In this document: piece after piece, positions 55,190-60,605 of the stretch | Position numbering within the stretch: position 1 is the first letter of the stretch | Layout: the number at the start of each line of letters is the position of its first letter | NCBI GenBank assembly: GCA_038884615.1 | Contig: JAWABL010000006.1 | Coordinates: 1-60,605 of the forward strand | Source: Candidatus Woesearchaeota archaeon | GTDB lineage: Archaea > Nanobdellota > Nanobdellia > Woesearchaeales > DSVV01 | DNA length: 60,605 nt | Direction of reading: 5' to 3' | Translations under genes and position numbers: made by a program | The notes under the pieces: generated by a model | What the model was told of the DNA's origin: nothing | Database searches by the model: none | What the model saw: only the letters and a program-made list of their open reading frames with translations

Positions 55190-58112
55190 GCGATTAAGGA
55201 CTATTGGTGGCCGCATGCTGAACGCCTTGTTACCTTGGCGCTTACACACCGGCTCCATCAAACTCATCTTCTTTGAGTGTCCCAGAATGTCTCTTTTCGA
55301 GGGGGGTTTCGTGCTTAGATGCTTTCAGCACTTATCCCTTAAGGCGTAGCTGCCCGGCATACCTTGTCAGATAACCGGTCGACCAGAGGCCTCGAAGCTT
55401 CGTTCCTCTCGTACTAGAAGCTCCTTCCTCTCAGACATCCCACATCTCCAGTAGATATCAAACAAACTGTCTCACAACGTTCTGAACCCAGCTCACGATC
55501 CCTTTTAATGGGTGAACACCCCCACCCTTGGACGCATACAGCAAGGCTATGAAATAACCCTTTTTCTGCACGCCCAGGATAGGAAGAGCCGACATCGATG
55601 TAGCAAACCGCGCCGTCGATACGAGCTCTCGGGCGCGACAACTCTGTTATCCCCGGAGTAACTTTTCCGTCATCCCAAACCCCCATCAAGGAGGTATTGA
55701 GGTTCGCTAGACCACGCTTTCGCGTTTGGATTTCATGTTAGTAGAAAACCAATCAGGCTGGCTTTTGCTCTTACACTCCACTCCGGATTTCCGACCCGGA
55801 TGAGCCAACCTTTGGGCACTGTTGATATGATTTCAACAGTGTGCCACCCCAGCCAAACTGTCTGCCAACTGTTGTCCTTGTTCTTCACAAGTAAGTGACA
55901 TAGATTCTGTAGGATGGTGTTTCATTGGCGTCTATTCACGAACTTGCGTCCGTAACATAACAACTACCATCTACGCTGCACAACAAAACCCACATCACAG
56001 CAGCAGGCTACAGTAAAGTTTCACGGGGTCTTCGCTTCCCACTGGAGATCCCTGGCCTTTGCACCAGGCAGAGAGTTCGGAGGCATCCGTCTGGGGACAG
56101 TGGGGATCTCGTTACGCCATTCATGCAGGCCGTCATTCAAACGGCAAGGCATTTCGCTACCTTAAGAGAGTTATAGTTACTCCCGCCGTTTACCAGCTCT
56201 TAGCTCCCTTGAAAAGGAGTTTAAAGTACTGGCACTGGGCAGACGTCGCCTTCTATACTAAGCCTTACGGCTTTGCAGAAAGCTAAGTTTTTGTTAAACA
56301 GTCGGACCCCCTTAGTCACTGCGCCTTGCATTTGCATCAATATGATACAAACGCAGGGACCCCTTATACCTAAGAGACGGGGCCAATTTGCCGAGTTCCC
56401 TCAAACGGATTACACCTTCACACCTTAGGCTTCTCACCTAGGGGCACCTGTGCTGGTTCTTGGTACGGTTGTAAGAGATCTTTTTAAGCTTTCTTTTCAC
56501 GGACTCCAGGCATCAGCTAAATACCCCCTACAGGGTACCATTCCCAATTTAATCAAGTTCTCATCATTACGATACTCCCTTGATTTATCTTGGTTAGCAC
56601 AAACGAAGATTTGTGTCAGCCTAGCCAGAAGTGTCAAAAGCTTATCTTAGCGTTACCGCACATACTCTTACAGTACAGGAATATTAACCTGTTTCCCTTT
56701 CCCAAGCTACATGTTATGTGCTCAGTTAGGACCAACTAACCCTTGACTGATCTACATTGTCAAGGAACCCTTGCCCTTACGGTGGCAGAGACTCTCACTC
56801 TGCTAAGATCCTACTTCCACCAGGATTTTCATTTCTGCAAGGTCCACACTTCCTCTCGGAAATGCTTCTACCCTAACAGAACGCCTGCCTACCACAAAGC
56901 TTTTGGCTTGTCTGCAGTATCGGTAGCCAACTTAGCCCCGTCCATCTTCAAGGCCTATATACTTGACAAGTAAGCTGTTACGCACTTATTATAGGATGGC
57001 TGCTTCTAAGCCAACCTCCTCGCTGTCTTGGTATATAGACACTCTTCACCCTTTCACACTTAGTTAGCATTTTGGGACCTTAACTGCAGTCTGGGTTGTT
57101 CCCCTCTTGAAGCGCAAGTTTACCCCGCACCTCCGTCCCCCGGCTTCTACGATGCTGAAATATTTGGAGTTGGACAAGAGACTGACTCCTTTCGAAGCCA
57201 AGAACCCTAATCCGTAGCTCTACCCTTTCAGCCATCTCCACCGAGATTTGACTGCGGCCAATTTTGGCAGGAACCAGCTATCACAGGTCTCGATTGGCTT
57301 TTCACCCCTAGCCCAAAGTTAGAAGACTACTTGCCCGTAAGTGCTCTTCAGGCCTCCACAAGGTTTTACCCTTGCTTCACCTTACCCTGGGCTAGATCGA
57401 CCCGCTTCGGGTCGTACCCCAGTGACTTATGGCACTTTCATACCATGCCCCTCGTGAACTGCGGGCAATTTCGCTTTCGCTCTGGGTGCTCCATTGAATG
57501 GATTACCCTTGCCACTGAGATACACTCCCTGGTACGTTATTCGAAACGCACGGCACAACTCCTAAGAGCCGTACCCCACTATAGCTACTAGGTTTGAGGC
57601 TCTTTTCACTTCCTGTTAAGGATTCTTTTCAGCGTTCCCTCACGGTACTATACGCTATCGGTCTCAAGACGTATTTAGGGTTGGAAGTTGATGCCTCCCA
57701 ATTTCTTGCCCCATATCCAAGAGGCAGTACTCAGGATACCACCACATCCATCAAACTTTTGCTACGGGACTATCACCCTCTACGGTGTTTCTTTCCAGAA
57801 AACTTCGCATCGTCTGACTAGGACTAAAAGATGGTCCTGCAACACCACATCTCCTTACGCATTTCTGCGAGGATTCAGTTTGCCCTATGCTGTTTTCAGT
57901 CGCTCTTACTAACAGTATCCCATTTGGTTTCTTTTCCTGCCGGTACTAAGACGTTTCAATTCCCGGCGTTCCCTGTCCTCACGGACCTAGTGTGAAGTCA
58001 CATTCGGAAATCCTCGGTTCAAAGACTACATGCGTCTCGCCAAGGCTTAATGCAGCTTGTCACATCCTTCTTCGGCGTCTTGAGCCAAGCCATCCACCTA
58101 GCAGCGGCTTCT
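55190..58112 (-). rRNA. rrl: 23S rRNA (ends approximate), with a 28-nt intron at 55536-55563
   Basis: Conserved 23S segments such as GGATAACAG, GATGTCGGCTC, GAGCTGGGTTCAGAAC, GTACGAGAGGAAC and GGTAGCGAAATGCCTTG. Confidence 0.97.
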
Positions 58113-58113
58113 C

Positions 58114-58132
58114 CGCTCTCTATGCACGGTCT
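58114..58132. other. 23S pre-rRNA processing-stem arm, inverted repeat with 55174-55192
   Basis: cgctctctatgcacggtct is the reverse complement of agaccgtgcataaagagcg at 18/19 positions. Confidence 0.75.
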
Positions 58133-58245
58133 CATCAAAAGGAGCATAAGTGTAAACTTCTAATGCATTTTTGATGCATTTTTATCTGCCTTTCTCAACC
58201 ATACTACCACTATAATACAATATAGCGATAGTTTACCGACGAGAA

Positions 58246-58364
<119 letters not shown>

Positions 58365-58442
58365 TGATAAATAGGGTGATTAAAAGCATTGTCTGTGAAT
58401 ACAAAACCAACAATAAAGGGCATTTACAAGCAATTCAAAAAT

Positions 58443-60108
<1,666 letters not shown>

Positions 60109-60153
60109 TAGATTTCAAGGCTGTTTAAACTAAATTAGCCATATTGTCGGTTT

Positions 60154-60187
60154 TTTATTGGGTTTTTTTCACCAGACAATGCTCTTT
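60154..60187. other. 16S pre-rRNA processing-stem arm, inverted repeat with 58382-58417
   Basis: tttattg..ggtttt..ttcac(c)agacaatgct matches the reverse complement of the spacer segment aaaagcattgtctgtgaa...caataaa. Confidence 0.7.
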
Positions 60188-60293
60188 TTCATACTTAATG
60201 AAAAACATTAAGTACACACCCTTAAATTTCTATTTACACATAGAAATTTGGAGATGATAGTGATTAAATAGTTAGTGAACAGATTAAAAGGTA

Positions 60294-60308
60294 GTTTAAA
60301 TATTTTGC
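60294..60308 (-). promoter_or_regulatory. Candidate BRE/TATA promoter of the rRNA operon
   Basis: Minus strand GCAAAATATTTAAAC upstream of the 16S leader; the same pattern precedes many CDSs here. Confidence 0.5.
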
Positions 60309-60438
60309 GCAATAACGGACATCAATTAAGGCTTCTTTTAATTTTTGTTAATTATCCATTGGTTAGTAAATATTAAAACATTTATAACTATTATTAAATT
60401 TTTATAATAAAAGATATAAAGATAAAAATCTATAAGAA

Positions 60439-60540
60439 CTAAACCTTAAGTCTGCGGCGTTTTTCCTTTTTCATCCTTTTCCGTTGCCACTTCCAGCGCA
60501 TCTGCCCTTTCTTCTTCCAGCGTCTTGAACTCCTTTTCAT
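60439..60540 (-). CDS. rpl41e: Ribosomal protein eL41 (eS32), 33 aa; below the ORF-track cutoff
   Basis: MKRSSRRWKKKGQMRWKWQRKRMKKEKRRRLKV*; MRWKW core with the archaeal WKKKG N-terminal extension. Confidence 0.85.
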   Translation of the reverse strand: MKRSSRRWKKKGQMRWKWQRKRMKKEKRRRLKV

Positions 60541-60605
60541 TTTTGGTTAACCAAAGTTTTTTAAAAAATACAACCTCTGAAGTTATTATATTTTCTACCT
60601 ATTTC

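Overview
Archaeal chromosomal window, most likely a DPANN lineage (Woesearchaeota-like). That assignment is inferred from the archaeal 16S 5' end ATTCCCGTTGATCCTGCGG, an archaeal AlaRS, eL41, TATA/leaderless gene starts and 'KGQ'-prepilin-like proteins. (1) 1-26.4 kb is a very dense tailoring-enzyme island. It holds 11 radical SAM loci: 6 cobalamin-binding (one pseudogenised), 2 Tes/MJ0619-like and 3 SPASM/twitch-type. It also has three glycosyltransferases, a PaaK-like ligase, a PLP decarboxylase, DUF362, two AlkP-superfamily exported enzymes and a TPR protein. Two tandem B12-rSAMs end in PqqD/RRE-like tails, and the island continues past the left edge. (2) 26.5-54.5 kb carries surface proteins (a 1920-aa FN3/Ig protein and two paralogous class III signal-peptide proteins), housekeeping genes (purM, queA, nfi, alaS, FNR-like reductase, Nudix, HAD phosphatase), and a Ddl-like/DUF2156/GNAT operon. 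(3) 55-60.6 kb is a minus-strand 16S-tRNA(Ala)-23S operon with no adjacent 5S, followed by an unlisted eL41 gene. By hand I find seven short ORF-less bulge-helix-bulge introns: two in 16S (one splits the 806R primer site), one in 23S, and two each in tRNA-Ala(TGC) and tRNA-Val(CAC). All family assignments come from motif recognition, not database searches.
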